Notes under the pieces: model-generated | Databases searched by the model: none | Told to the model about the DNA's origin: nothing | What the model saw: the letters and a program-made list of their open reading frames with translations, nothing else | Assembly (NCBI RefSeq): GCF_003918875.1 | Contig: NW_025767124.1 | Span: forward strand, 2,418,001-2,482,000 | DNA length: 64,000 nucleotides | Origin: Haliotis rubra | Taxonomy: Eukaryota | Reading direction: 5' to 3' | Position numbers and translations under genes: made by a program | In this document: in pieces, positions 1 to 13,585 of the stretch | Numbering within the stretch: position 1 is the stretch's first letter | Layout of the letters: every line of letters begins with the position of its first letter

Positions 1-245
1 GGAACTATCTTCTTGACTGATGAAAGTCGTTAATATGCGCTGCATTCAACTTTGGAGAACCGGTTATGTTTTGTTGTTGTTTTGTTTGGGGCTTTCTTTT
101 CAGAAAAACACCATGCTCGTCGCGGAGAGTTTTCATCCCACATTGAGCTAACAAGTTGTTGTGCAACCGTCATATGATTCTCATGTTTCAAGTGACGTAT
201 ATTGTATTTGATATTTCAAGTTATATGCCGATGTATATATGTCGT

Positions 246-441
246 TAGACTAACAACTAGTCTCTGAAATGAACATATTTTACTGAAAAAAGTTCATAGT
301 AAAAAAAATATATATATAATGAAAAGGAGCCCTGATCCTTTCTTCATTTTCAGAAGCTGAGGAAATCTAGACTTGCCACATTTTCTAGACTTGTGTGGGC
401 TTTCTTGGATATATTTGCTTCAGGGTCTGTACGACAGACTA
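246..441. mobile_element. Non-autonomous TAG...CTA element (AcademH-like), subfamily B2
   Basis: 9-bp TSD ATATGTCGT; near-identical copy at 21638-21830. Confidence 0.85.
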
Positions 442-498
442 ATATGTCGTGTATATCAGGTGTAAAAAACCGACAGCTGTGTTTCGTAAAAGGCACCT

Positions 499-885
499 CA
501 AGTTACATACCAATGCCTGCATAACGTATGTATTACAACTTACATACCATTGCCTGTATATCGAGGATGCTCTCACAAGTTACATACCAATGCCTGTATA
601 TCGAGGATACTCTCACAAGTTACGTACCAATGCCTGTATATCGGGTATGATATCACAAGTTACATACCAGTGCCAGTATATCGAGGATGCTCTCACAAGT
701 TACATACCAATGCCTGTATATCGGGGATGATATCACAAGTTACATACCAATGCCTCTATATCGAGGATGATATCACAAATTATATACCAATGCCTGTATA
801 TAGAGGATACTATCACACGATACATTCCAATTCCTGTATATCGGGGATGATATCACACGTTACATTCCAATGCTTGTATATTGTT
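499..885. repeat. 40-bp minisatellite (~9-10 copies)
   Basis: Unit CACAAGTTACATACCAATGCCTGTATATCGAGGATGATAT. Confidence 0.92.
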
Positions 886-1912
886 ACATACCGATTGCGT
901 ATCGTGTCGCCCTGGAGGAGGTCTGAAACGAACAAGTTCAATAATTATTTGATTGCCAAATAGGGGCAATTTTCAATGTGTTTTCCGGCAAGAGCGCTTT
1001 ACAGTTCTGAAATCTAGGACAAACCTACATGAATCGGCTTACATGACATGAACACGACGACTGACACGTCAATCAAAGTGTCCACTGCGATGAGTTCGGG
1101 TGATTTGCATTCAGAGAAACCGGTTTAGATTAATCGTCATTGATAACCCCGTAAAAAGACAGACTAAACTTATACTGCGTTGCGTATATTACTGACATGA
1201 GTATCAAAGTACTGCTCCTTATGTGTACGAGTTAACAACACTACATGATCTATGGAATGTTGTAAATAACGATAACAACAAGTGTACAACATGCCTATTT
1301 TAATCAACAACATCAAGTATTATGGTGTTTGGTGACCATATAGAATTATCGTATTTGTTTATTTATCAGCTTAGTTTGCTTCTGTTGATGAAATTTCGCA
1401 TAAGCTACTGACCATGTGATATTCTGCTGAGGGTGAGGAGTGGTGTTTATGAGTGCGGGAAGAGGGACCTGTTATTTTTTTCTGAAGACAGAATATGTTT
1501 TTATATCCCATATGTTTAAGAGGAGTCAGTGAATTAATTAGAGTTAACATATTGTTTACAGTATTTTCTGGAACAAATTATTTTTTTCCAGGAAGATCCC
1601 AGGCACCCAAGAATATCAAATGGTCAGTTGAATATTATGATAAACACAATCTACACCTGTATATCGCTTTGTATAGATATAGAACATGCTTATGGAGATT
1701 CCAGAGAATGGAGTCAGTGCATGAGATAAGGACATGGCCTATCTAACTCCACGTGACAGAGTGGTCAGTGCGGACAGCTAACTACGTGGGATACTTACGT
1801 GTTTCAGTGTGGACAGTGTGCATTGTAGATATATACAGGCAAATACTCACCACATCCACTTTCTTTGCAAACAAAACATATAGAGTTTACCTATCTACAC
1901 ATATATACTTAC

Positions 1913-1933
1913 ACGGTGGACGGACTACCCGTT
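1913..1933 (-). CDS. Candidate 21-nt microexon of gene A
   Basis: T-rich tract ending CCAG|AACGGGTAGTCCGTCCACCGT|GTAAGT. Phase 2-2 and open in the exon-2 frame: (R)TGSPST(V). Confidence 0.6.
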
Positions 1934-2519
1934 CTGGAAAAAAATAACAGTTTATTGAAGTCACAATTGACCGTTTACTGGTCAATAGTCACTGGCGTGA
2001 GAATTTTTAACGGTCGGTTATGTACTTCAGTTGTTTCAAGAGTTGTTTCCCTTGATTTAAGTTCAAGGTCTGTTATACAAAATATACTCGCTCTACGTCC
2101 CTTACAACCCAAATGACCTAAATGATAAATATGCTAATATGCTCAGATTGTTTTCTGGAAGAGGAAGATGAGAGTTTATGCTTTCCAAATCAAATTTTCT
2201 GAGAGTTATAACGTGTCGACCTCAGCAGAGTTTGAAACAAGGCTTTACAGCAAAAAACCTAATTCTTGAAAATATGGTGAGGTTGAGTGTTATACTGTAG
2301 TACTTGTAAAGTGGGTCAGTGGGTAGCCGAGTGTATAAAGCGTCCACTCTGTGTACTGAAAGCCCGTGTTTGATTCCATATTGTGAGTGTAAGCCTAGTA
2401 GGCAAAGCTTTGTATCTTCACGAAGATGTCCAGAGCTTGATAAATAAAAATATGAATTTTGAACATTTGATCTGGTCAATCAGTATTCGGGTTAACGGAA
2501 ACACTAAAAGCCAAAACAG

Positions 2520-2754
2520 GCTAAACTGACGTACAAAAGAAAGTACACACCTGGTGCTTTTGGACTACTTTCCAAAGAGCGACGTAAATGGTTTGAAGAG
2601 AGTTTTTACAGTGATATATAAGTCACACACTTTCCTAGTTGCCAAAACACCACAGATATCGTGCCCAATTGCAAAGTTGCCAGTCAAAATTACAACACTT
2701 TTCAAATAATCCCAAAACACCAGGTGTGTACTTTCTTTTGTACGTCGGTTTAGC
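2520..2754. mobile_element. Inverted-repeat MITE in gene A intron 2
   Basis: Arms GCTAAACTGACGTACAAAAGAAAGTACACACCTGGTG / CACCAGGTGTGTACTTTCTTTTGTACGTCGGTTTAGC. Confidence 0.8.
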
Positions 2755-3104
2755 TAAATTTCGCCTGTTACCGACTAAGAGAAGAGATTATTAGTTGTAT
2801 ATCTGACAAAATGGCGTTGACACAGTTTACTGTAAATCATTTTCTAATATGACACATTTTGTAAACGTAGACGTTGAATCAAATTCTCAAATTGAGTGAC
2901 CGATTAGGCAACAGAATTACGTAAATCTATGCCTAACTCGAGTCCAGAAACAAGATGATTGGTTGCTGATACCATGTGAGAAATATATACTTGTGATGTC
3001 ATTTCCGGAATGAAAGTCTTGCGGCGTTCACAGTATTTATCATTAGAGAATAGAGATGCAACCAATCAGATACCGGTATATCGGACTCATTAAGGTATGG
3101 TTAC

Positions 3105-3253
3105 CTGGTAACAACAAGGTTGATCTGTCCTCCGCCTCCCTCTATGAGGTCCTTGGCTTGCTTGTGTGTCAACTCGTCGCCGTTCCTGTTGCCGATGGAA
3201 ACAATGACGTCACCTCTCTGGAGCACACCTTCCGCAGGGCTGTTGGAGAACAC
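3105..3253 (-). CDS. PDZ(-LIM/Zasp)-family gene A, exon 2 (C-terminal half of PDZ domain)
   Basis: Acceptor ttactattcCAG|GTG, 149 nt encoding VFSNSPAEGVLQRGDVIVSIGNRNGDELTHKQAKDLIEGGGGQINLVVT(R), donor AG|GTAACC (phase 2). Joins exon 1 in frame to complete a PDZ fold. Confidence 0.92.
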
Positions 3254-3915
3254 CTGGAATAGTAACAGCAAGTTAATGTGATTCCACGTCAAGGAAACTA
3301 GGCTTTGATTGTCGAGGATCCTATTTAGAATATAGCTGATTCGGCGTTAAGCATATATCATAAACTCAGTCACTCAGTCACACTGTCACTCACTCACTCA
3401 CTCACTCACTCACTCACTCAATCAATCAATAAATCAATCAGTCATTCGTGGCAGCTAGTAGCTGCTTCATCAAGATGGCGCCTCTACAGCCAGTTCGCTT
3501 ATTTACACCAGCACTGAAACAGTTCTTATTCGTATATCCGCTAGTTCTCACAAACTAAAGAAATCTTGACTTGCTACAGAATTGTAGACTTGCCTGGGAT
3601 GAACAAAAACGTTCGGAAGGTGAGTGCACTGAACAAGCACAACCGGTCTAAGTTCCTGTATAAGTCTATAGATCTACCTTTGGACCGGACCTTTGGACCA
3701 CATATTGTATATTGCACTATGTTAACCTTAATGTAACATATACTTACTACAGTATCATTAGTAATTCTCCAACAATCTGCCCATGATGCTTGGGATATCC
3801 CCAGGTTTTAAGCATGATGTTCCACACTGCTCTAACCCCTATCAAATGTCAGTGCATGTACTCAGCTGGTACTGATGAGACTTCGTCGAGAACACACGGA
3901 CAACAAGTTGTTCCA

Positions 3916-4113
3916 TAGTCTGTCTCACAGTCCCCTGAACCACATTATTTCCCTCCTGCCAAGCCCTCTCTGCAGTGCTAAGGCCCTAAATAAAGCAAGT
4001 CCAAATTTCCTCAGGTTCTGAATCTCTGGTCTCCTTGGGGCTCCTTTTCAATTTAAATGAGTTTGTTTGTTACTATCAAAATTATATATATTCAGAGACT
4101 AAGCATTAGTCTA
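3916..4113. mobile_element. TAG...CTA element, subfamily B1
   Basis: TSD GTTGTTCC(A/C); same internal sequence as the 52963 and 61148 copies. Confidence 0.85.
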
Positions 4114-4748
4114 GTTGTTCCACTACATCAAGTCATTTCAGTGGGTAAAGGAAGGTACAGTATTCATGGTTCCTATTAGATGCTCACACAATGCACTCAT
4201 GTGTGGAATCGAACTCGATCCTTGGCGTGACGTTCGAATATGAGATTTACTGGGAAATAACATGATATGGTAGAGTGAATGGGCTTTAACGTTCGAAATG
4301 TGTAACATTATTTTCACATCACTACGTTCTGAACGTTTCGAGCCTGACCAAGGAAAACCGAAGGTTGACAGCGTCAGCTGTGGTCTTTGACACAAAGACA
4401 ACCGCCCAATGTCCGGTTTCATCGACTATGTGAGGCACTGGGGTATTGGAATGTTATTTTGACTCGGAATTTGCAGAATCCGATAAGGAGATCAGTATTG
4501 TTTTTGTTGATATTTCACTGTTGCTAGTTCGGGAGAACAAGCTAAACATTTCGCAGATCTGCTGATATGTCATCGCATACATGACAAGTCTACCGTGCGA
4601 ACCTCTCCGTGACCATGACCTCTCTGACCTCTGAGGTAACGAGGTAATGTTTCTTCCAGCGATGCTGTAGAGTGCTGATTGTTCAGGAATCCATAGTCTC
4701 TCGCACAATTGTATATTTTCAGAGACTAAGCGTTAGTCTAGGGGATCC

Positions 4749-4914
4749 GGGTCGGTGCGTTAGCCTAGTGCTTAAAGCGTTCGCTCGTCACGTCGAAAAA
4801 CCGGGTTCGATTCCACACAAGGGTACAATGTGTGAAGCCCATTTCTGGTGTCCCCCACCGTGATATTGCCGCAATATTGCTGAAAGCGGCGTAAAACTAA
4901 ACTCACTCATACAC
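4749..4914 (+). mobile_element. tRNA-derived SINE family A (~165 bp, (ACTC)n tail)
   Basis: A box TAGCCTAGTG, B box GGTTCGATTCC, tRNA-Asp-like head (GTCAC); imperfect ~15-bp TSD. Confidence 0.85.
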
Positions 4915-6185
4915 TAATCTAGAGGATCCAGTACAATAGACTATATTATCACAGAAAGATCGTGAGGGGTACAAGAAAACATACCATGTAACATAAACGC
5001 CATTACTTGAAGACAATGCAGTCTAAACATTGCTTAAATATTATTTCCCCAATCACTATTACATGAAAACAAATACACAAATACACGAAGACGAAGCAGT
5101 CTAATCACAATAACACGAAGTCCAATAATCACATGAAGCACCAATACAGGTGTAAATATACAAAACATCGTCATAACCGTAAAATACAAATAACAATGAG
5201 TTGAAACGCACGGTTTAAACGAAACAACGCGAAGAACGTATAATGTAAGTATCATCAGAGTTAACAAATTACGTGAAAACTTTCAGCTGTAATCATCCTT
5301 GAGTGAATATCGTATGGTAAAAAATTGATACCTATGAGTGAAGACAGTAAAACGTAAACAAGTTACCTGAAAACTGGAAGCAATAATCATCATTAAGTGA
5401 ATACCGTACAATGGTAATAAAATACGTACGAGTGAAGGCCGTACAACGTGAACAAATTACGCTCAGGTCGTAAACACCAATACGTCAAGAAACTGTTGAG
5501 TAAACACTATTGCCGGGCAAAAAAGATTCAAATGAGATTCTGATTCACCCATATTTGTCACGCCTATACAGCATAATACCTTCCGTTACGACGTACGAAG
5601 GCGCCTTTAAGTAAGGCAACCTCACTATCCTACATGTATCGCTGACATGGAAAGACAGACTATAACAGACCCCAGGCCTGTAACAGGTTGGTATGCGGTG
5701 GGCGAGCTCCCACAGAGCAATTTGTTGACTGCTCCGGTAAAGTGATTATAGAGTTCCACCAACACTGGTCTTCTCGCCGTCAAGTACCAACCAGGCTTGC
5801 TTAGATATGAATAGAACTCGGCGCTCCTAACGAGAAAGAAGGCCCCCCATATACCAGTCAGAAACGTCTTTTTGCACACACGGGAATTCTTTAGTTCCAA
5901 CCTGAAATAGTATTTGTTTTGGCAATAACAGTGACTTGAAGGTGGATTTGGATTATGAAAGACGTCACGAACTGAGGAATCTGCAAGGAAGTACAATTTG
6001 TTTTGTCATCGGGTATTTTCGTTAATTTGGTTAAGTGAAACACTATAGTATACTAAGAGAAGTACGGGCTACCTATACTGGGAGCCTTCATTTCCAGAGC
6101 TCTAGGGTTCGGTACTTCTTAAATGACCTTGAACTATACTGATTCTACTTGAAGAGCAGTATATTTTCATCCTCTCCCACCGAGA

Positions 6186-6373
6186 TGGACTAACATGTAG
6201 TCGCAGAAATAAACATAGTTTACCGAACAAATAACAGTTTCTAAATTATATACATAAAACATAATAAAAAGGAGCCAACAGCCTAGACTTTCTTCATTTC
6301 CTGAAACCGTGGCTATCTGGACTTGCATGGGCTTTCCTGTATATATTAGGTTCAGGGTCTGTATGGCAGACTA
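6186..6373. mobile_element. TAG...CTA element, diverged B2 copy
   Basis: Shares the terminal hairpin and GTTCAGGGTCTGTA..CAGACTA end; TSD eroded. Confidence 0.65.
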
Positions 6374-7929
6374 CCAAAGGGCATGTGATTAGAGTGTAAA
6401 CATCAAGAACATGCTGGAGGTCCAATATACGTAAAAATTAAAGAAAACCGATGACCCTATCCAACTAAACCAAAATTATATGCTCTCTCTTTCTGGAATT
6501 CACAAAGAATTAATATTCTTTGCATGACCCAGGTGACTAAAAAAGATTTCTATGATCTCATTAACAGAAAATCCTTTCCAAAATCCCAAGGTAAGGAAAC
6601 GCTTTCCGGCACCTCATCGGCATGAAAACCTGTTTCATAACCCCACGGAAAAAGAAATCCGTCTTCAAACCAATCACGGATCTGTGTCGAAGACAGAAAT
6701 TCACTTATATTAAAACTGGGTCAACCACAAAGCACTTAATTCAGTTTGAGTTCCGACATTAACATGGCTTATTGGCTTTTAAAACCCAGCTGATAAAGTA
6801 TTTCCCTCTAATTGCCACACTATGCTGAAAGATGCGATGTGAACAACTGTGGAATAACAGGTGAAGCGTTCGTCAGTCAATAACCACAGACTGATGCAGT
6901 TACGGTGTCAAGGTCAGTCAAATTCCCCGAGGGCCAGGCCACCTATATGTCTCGGCTTCAGTCCAGGGGTCCGTTCAACAAAGATATCATAGCAATCAGA
7001 CCATCGTATCGCTGTACTTAAACACAGGTTTACGGCTACGTTGTGCTATGGCAGCTTTGTACAACGAGGCCCTGGACAAAATGTAATCTAAACATGTAAA
7101 AATATTATATCTATTAAACCTACAACTATTTAACAATAAAAGTCATTTTCGGAATGTTTTATAAGGTGTGAGTGAACTGGTTCCGGTTAGGGAGCTGGGT
7201 TAAGATGACATCTACCCCTTTGTGAAACATATTGCTGTACTTAGAGTGCTTATGGACCAAGGATCATGTATAAACAGGGCGAATCTAGGATTCGAACCCA
7301 CGATCATCGAATCCTAGCTGATAAGGGACGCAACTGCATAGCGAACGGGTCAAGAACATTAAGGCCACCTGTGATCATCGTTTTGTTACAATGGCTCTGA
7401 CAAGAGATAATTTTGAAAGATGCAAAGAAACTTTTAAATTGATAAGGAGCCCCAGTGAGATGAGAAAATCAGAACTTGAAGAAATCTAGACTTGGTTCTA
7501 TTTTCTTAAGTCGAATAAAGGTTTAATAAACAACATATGCTATGTCGAAGTCATTTTATGATACAAAGTGTTCCCGAGTGATGTCATATTTTTCCTTGTA
7601 CCTCGAGAGACGAGTATTTCACGTCGTCAGTATCATTATTACAAGCGTCGATTGAAAGGGTTTGTTGAAAGAATATACCTTGACAGTATATAAACAAGTG
7701 TGTTTCGCACAAAAAATATTTACAAACATCTACAGCCTTGCTATTGTTCAGATTTAGGAGAAGGGTGATAAACCTCTCACTACAAACGACGAGGGATCAG
7801 ATAGGACTATCCCCGTGACAACAGTTGCTGATGTCTTAGCTCAAGTCTCCACCATCAGCAAGACAAACACTATTAAGCTTTTTAAGAGGGCTTGTCGTGT
7901 ATGGCTTCGGTATTTGCAATTGAGCTAGA

Positions 7930-8103
7930 GTGAGTGAGTGAGTGAGTGAGTATGGTATTACGTCGCGTTTAGCAAAATTCCAGCAATATCACGGCATGGG
8001 ACACCAGAAATGGGCTTCACACATTGTACCCATGTGGGGAATCGAACCCTGGTCTTCGGCGTGGCGAGCGAACGCTTGAACCACTAGGCTACCCCACCGC
8101 CCC
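7930..8103 (-). mobile_element. SINE family A
   Basis: Full length; TSD TTGAGCTAGA. Confidence 0.9.
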
Positions 8104-10575
8104 ACTTGAGCTAGAAGCTAACCTACAATTTACCTGTTCTATAAAGTTGTCAAGACGTTTGCACCTGGGACAACAAATGTAAATGGATCATCTTTCTTTA
8201 TCTGATAAGGTTCTCCATGAGAAAAGATTGTTGAAGAATCAGAAAGTGACATCGGTCGAAAATGGTTCTGTCATACATTCAAAATTAATCATTCAATGAC
8301 AACCTATCCTTTTAAACCTTTTATACTTAAATATCATTCAATGCTACCAGTCATTAAATGCTACCTGTACCTTATCGGACGGATAATTGATTTTTTTAAC
8401 AAATTTGCATAATAACGTCAAACCCATCATATATATATATCACAAGTAGATCCAATCCAGATAGATAAACAATTTACATGTTTTCTCTGGCCATAATTTT
8501 TGCCAGGACATGCCTCGCCTTGTGTTCCAAGAAGACAAAAGGCAAAACCTTGCCGCAGACCAACGCAATGAACACAGCTCGTCTACACCAGCAATGGGCA
8601 CACGTCCAATGTTCTATCTTCAACTTTTATTCCATCCTTTTCAATTGCCAGTACCATCACCTACGAGATGATGGAGGCGAAGCTGCATATTATTTCAACA
8701 CATGTAACTTCTTGTAAGCGGAAAACTTATCGAAAAATGTGTGATAATCACTTTTCTTTCATTTCGTTGGGATCCCAGTAGGCGTTTAAGTATTCCATGT
8801 TATCTTCATTCTCGGTTCCTACAGATATAGCAGTGATGAGGCTGTGAAATGAATATCTCTTGACCTCTTCAAACTTCTGGTGTAAACTAAGCAACTGCTA
8901 CGAAGTGGCTCTAAAAACCATTAAATGAATACATGTGGGTGAGAACAACAAACAGTAAATCAACAGGAAATCCTTGCAAACAAGGAAACCAATATATTGG
9001 CACCGAGGACATTGAAAAGCCATGATTATTAAACATTTACGTGGGATACGGATGACCCTTGGTCCTGTCGCTGAATGGCATTAAAGGCCTAGGCCTCCTT
9101 TCACAAAGCACTAAGTCACTAAGGCAACCTTAGTGCAATGTTAAAGAATGGGAGTTAAGGTTAACCTTTATTACGGTTGCTTCGTGAAAGGACCCCTGGG
9201 TACTAAGTTATTACTTGCGTTTAAAGTGACACATATTCACTGAGGAAATATCAGTAGACATTCTCAGAAAATCATTTGCTCTGTTTGGGTTTTCTAACTA
9301 ATTTCTCGAAGTCTAACGATTGACACGTCGATGCCGATTCTGGTCTTTTAACCGCCGAGTGAGTGAGTGAATATTGCTTAATGCCGCATCAGCAATGTTG
9401 CAGCTGTTCGCGGCGACGTCTTAACCGCCAAACATGCGAGCATAAATATGGCATGGTTGGAATACCAATATGACCACTGAACCAGAAACTGTAATAAGCA
9501 ATAAGCCTCTTCTTGAAATAACATTAAAATAAGCCAGTTTGAAGTACATGTGAATAAAACTGATTCTATGAACAAAATAGTTACTGCAGAACATTTCACA
9601 GTGACAGTGCTAATTACATTCATATACCAAATACCCCTTAAACATCTTTAAAGCCCCTCCGACCATAGAATACCCACTGTTAGCACTCGAGAAGTTTCGT
9701 CAAGCACGCACTCGCACCATACATCAAAGCAAATTCGGCAACCTCTTCCAGCGGTCCTTCCAGTAATTGGTTAATTTAGGTCCGTACCAGATGATAGTTA
9801 AGAAATAAACATGGAAGTCATTAAGACGGCAACCATGCCACGCATATCACGACTGAGATTACAACATAGCTGCGGTCGTCCCAGGTCAGTGGTGAGACAA
9901 GGAGGTACCGATAGCCAAACAGAGAGGGTTTGCTTCCCTCAATTAGCAATTCAAGTACTTTCAGGTAGAAAACATTTATTTTGAAGTACAATCACTTCCC
10001 GTCAGCCTTCAGATTTGTTTGACTGAACTAATGAGGTTTATACAAAGTCGGAATCTAGAGTAACACATTTCACCTGGCGTTATGTGTTATTATGGGGAGG
10101 GGATATTAGCACGATTTACAGCTTGGGAATTTATTTTAAGAGTTGTATTTAGAACAATTGGCAGCATCACAACCAGGGGAATCGGATCCCAACCGTTTGA
10201 TGGTAACCGAATGGAACTGTTTACATAGTTTACGGAGAAGCATAAATTGTGCATTACCATAGAGAGAGAGGGACTGATGACAGATCCTTGCTCAACTATT
10301 TTCTGATGGAATGTTAAAGTGGAGGCTTCGTATTACCTTCGGAGGGTGTGGGATGGTTTAGTTAAACTTCGTTTGGGATATATTATAATTATATCACGGG
10401 GACGCAAAGTTATAATCTTTTAATCTAGATCACAAAGATCCTTCGTGTTTGTTTTAAAAAGTCATAATGTGTGGAAAAAATTATAACATACATAATAAGA
10501 AATGATAGTCCATGATATGTTGGTTACGTCTCTTTTCTAGGCCAGAACATAAGTCCCTCAGAAGAAACTTAAATT

Positions 10576-10728
10576 GGGGCGGTGGGGTTAAAGCGTTCGC
10601 TAGTCACGCCGAAGACCTGGGTTCGATTCCCCGCATGGGTACAATGTGTGAAGATGATTTTGTCCGAAATATCTGGTGTGATATTGAAGGAATATTGCTA
10701 AATATGGCGTAAAACCATACTCATTCAC
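10576..10728 (+). mobile_element. SINE family A (diverged)
   Basis: B box and family body recognisable. Confidence 0.75.
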
Positions 10729-11380
10729 CTATTTATTTTACAACAAAAAGCACCAACATATGTGTAGTGATAATCCACCACATAACCACATCGCTAGAAA
10801 CGCTTGTTCCACCTGCTCAAAAACTGCCGAGGCAGCAGCATTGCTATAACCTTGAAACCAATGCTGCTGCTGCTGCAGGCGGCAGTGAAAGCCCCGGAGT
10901 GTTCATCTACAGCCAGTACAGTAGAGGTCGGTCTCACCTTACCGCTGGCAGCCTACCAAATCTCACATCTTGTCTACCTTTGTGGAGGCAAGGAAGGTGG
11001 TATATCGGCATGCGAGGTGTTTTAATAAAATGCATATATTTTGGGTCAAATACGTCTTTGTTGGCATTTTGATTCAATGGATTTTGTAGCTCATTCCGAT
11101 GAACCCTTGTAGAAGAGTTATTAAGGAATAGAACATACTGATTCATAGACATTAATTATTCATACACATAAATTAAAGGTTGATACTGGAAACATTATGG
11201 AAGCACGTCGGACAATCCAGTTTACGTTGTCAAATGTGTCACGATTCCTTGACGCAGATTTAAAGTTTAATACTTGGAATTCACAGGTTAAAGGAGTTTG
11301 TAGGTGCGGTCGGCTCGTACTTTAACCCCAAAACTAGATACGACATGCAGACAATATGACACATTGAACATCAATCATAC

Positions 11381-11461
11381 CTTACTCGTCCTTCTCACAG
11401 TCCGTTTCTCGGTTTCGGTAATTGTGCGAGTTGTACGGAGAGTTCGTTTTTCGACAATCAT
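11381..11461 (-). CDS. Candidate alternative first coding exon of gene A
   Basis: GCCAAGATG start, 27 codons MIVEKRTLRTTRTITETEKRTVRRTSK, AAG|GTATGA phase-0 donor compatible with the exon 2 acceptor. Confidence 0.5.
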
Positions 11462-12339
11462 CTTGGCAAAGGTTCCGCCTCGACTGATCCCACTAGCCCT
11501 ACTGCAGAGCACAAGGCTAGACCGTAATTATAACATGAACATTCTGTAACATATATAACTCATTTATCGAGTACTTAGATACGAATCTGATGAGGAGCAG
11601 TGATAATAGTATTGATGAACGAAAGGAATTTCAGGACGCGTCCAAAGCTAATAAAATGCTTAAATCGCAACTGCGTGTATCTTAATTCCATCAAATTTCG
11701 GAGATATGGTGGAGCGGCTTAACTGGAGAACAAAAATACTTTCGCCTCCCTCCATCCCGACAGCTGGGGTAATAGGAGGGTCTATGTGCCACTTGTAATT
11801 GGTGTGCGCGTGGACGACCAAGACGGCACGGCTGCGCAAGTAAACCAGGTTGTTACATGACGATGATGTTTACCAGCTTCAGACTTCAGTGCGGATATTG
11901 GTAAATATATACAGGAAGTAGATACACTTATTGTGTAATGAGTTTAAAAACATGGTAATTGTTTTTTAAAGTTTGATTTATCTTCTTTTGAATTGGAACG
12001 TGTGATACAATAAAGAATGTCGTTTGATATGTTTTTAACTTTATAACATTCACAGGGATGTAATTAAGATATAATAATTCTTTGTAGTACACGTGTCTGC
12101 CTTCACATCATTATACATGTTACTGCATCAAACCGGCCTCAGAATTTCTATTTTAAGTATTGCTTATGAATGATATGACTTGAAGAAGGCTTAAGTCGGT
12201 TGAGATATACGTGTGTTTAAAACGAAAGATGAAGAGGGTCTTTTATGCATTATTTGTTATTAACCATGTAATTCATTTGATGATTGTGTTGTATATTGTT
12301 GTATTGCTTGCCTCTGCTTTAAGTGAGACATGTTTGGGA

Positions 12340-12347
12340 TTGGTTTG

Positions 12348-12384
<37 letters not shown>

Positions 12385-12480
12385 ATATTTTATATTTTTG
12401 TTTCTTTGCTGCTGTTGTTTGTTTGGGTGTTGTTGGGGATTTTTGGTAGTTTTTTTGTTTTTGTTGTGGTTGTTTTTGAA
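12340..12480. repeat. (GTT)n microsatellite / GT-rich low complexity
   Basis: Direct reading. Confidence 0.9.
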
Positions 12481-13101
12481 TGTGTTTTAGATTTTTTGGT
12501 GGAATTATTTTTGGTGTTTATTCGTTATGTTTTGTATTGTATATTGTTTATAGTTTGTATTGGTATTGTTTTTTCAAAGGTTTCTATTCCTATAGACATG
12601 ATCTTGTACATTCAGTTTGGTAAATCGGTCCTAAATTTAGTTTTCGAATTATTTTCTAATATTTTACGATTGGCCAAAAAGTACACCTTTAACAGCTAAA
12701 CCTGAAATCTGAAACCTTATGTTACAGGACAGGTGCAGCATGGATGTCTGAGGCTATAAACTGTGATACTGTTCCCCTAACGTACAGGATCCAGCCTATC
12801 CTTGTGTGGAGCAAGTTGTTACCAAAATACCACCGACCTTTCTCTCACCACCCCGTGATGTAAACTCCGGCAGAGAGGCGTTCAGACACCTTGTAGTTAT
12901 TAGGCTGACCAGGGATAGCCCTTGTAGAGCGCTGTCATATCCTGTAGATCTACTGAGTCAGCAGATTGAAAATGAGCAGGGTACTGGTATCTGGCTAAGT
13001 AGTACAGTGATTTACCTGGAGATCTAGTCATGTGGTCGGGTCCGTAGTCATTATGTCTTGTTAATGACTAGAAATGACTTCCGGTTGGCCTGTTTAGTAT
13101 T

Positions 13102-13205
13102 CAGGAATCCGATCCACAAAGCGTTCGTAGCGTTACGACCTTTCGTAACTCATGGGACTTACGAATGTCGTAGTGCTACGAACGCTTTGTGGACAGGGTC
13201 CCAGG
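13102..13205. mobile_element. ~100-bp hairpin MITE (related copies 6964-7074, 9089-9199)
   Basis: TCCACAAAGCGTTCGTAGC / GCTACGAACGCTTTGTGGA inverted arms. GG...CC ends within CAG/CTG context, possibly PIF/Harbinger-type. Confidence 0.6.
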
Positions 13206-13585
13206 CTAGTAATGACTTGCTTGAACCGGTGTGTCGAAATGGAAGGGACCGACGCAAATACTTCGAAATATCCGAAGTTCGATACAACCGCAAAATAGTG
13301 ACTAAAGAAGGAATACGAAGGAAGCAAGTCCGATTGGCAGACTAGTAATGTTTTGCTGAATATATATTGCTTTGTGGACGGACTAATATTGCCTTGCGTC
13401 GCTGAATATCTAGTCTTACTGTAGGACTAGTAATGCCTTGCTTAATATCTTGTCTAATAATCAAAGTAATAATGCCTTGCTGTGCTCATTATGAAGAAAC
13501 GTAATGGTTTGTCTGGTATCTGACCCGTTGGATTGACTAGTAATGCCATGCTGATTATCTAGTTAATTAGACAGACTAGTAACCG

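Noticed and set aside
449-963. Repetitive 93- and 137-aa ORFs
   Set aside because: Read through a 40-bp minisatellite.
5625-5996. 123-aa minus ORF with an acceptor at ~5902 inside gene A intron 1
   Set aside because: The phase-0 reading from the acceptor stops after 24 codons; no recognisable homology.
12211-12699. 162-aa hydrophobic 'membrane protein' ORF
   Set aside because: Translation of a (GTT)n / GT-rich low-complexity tract.
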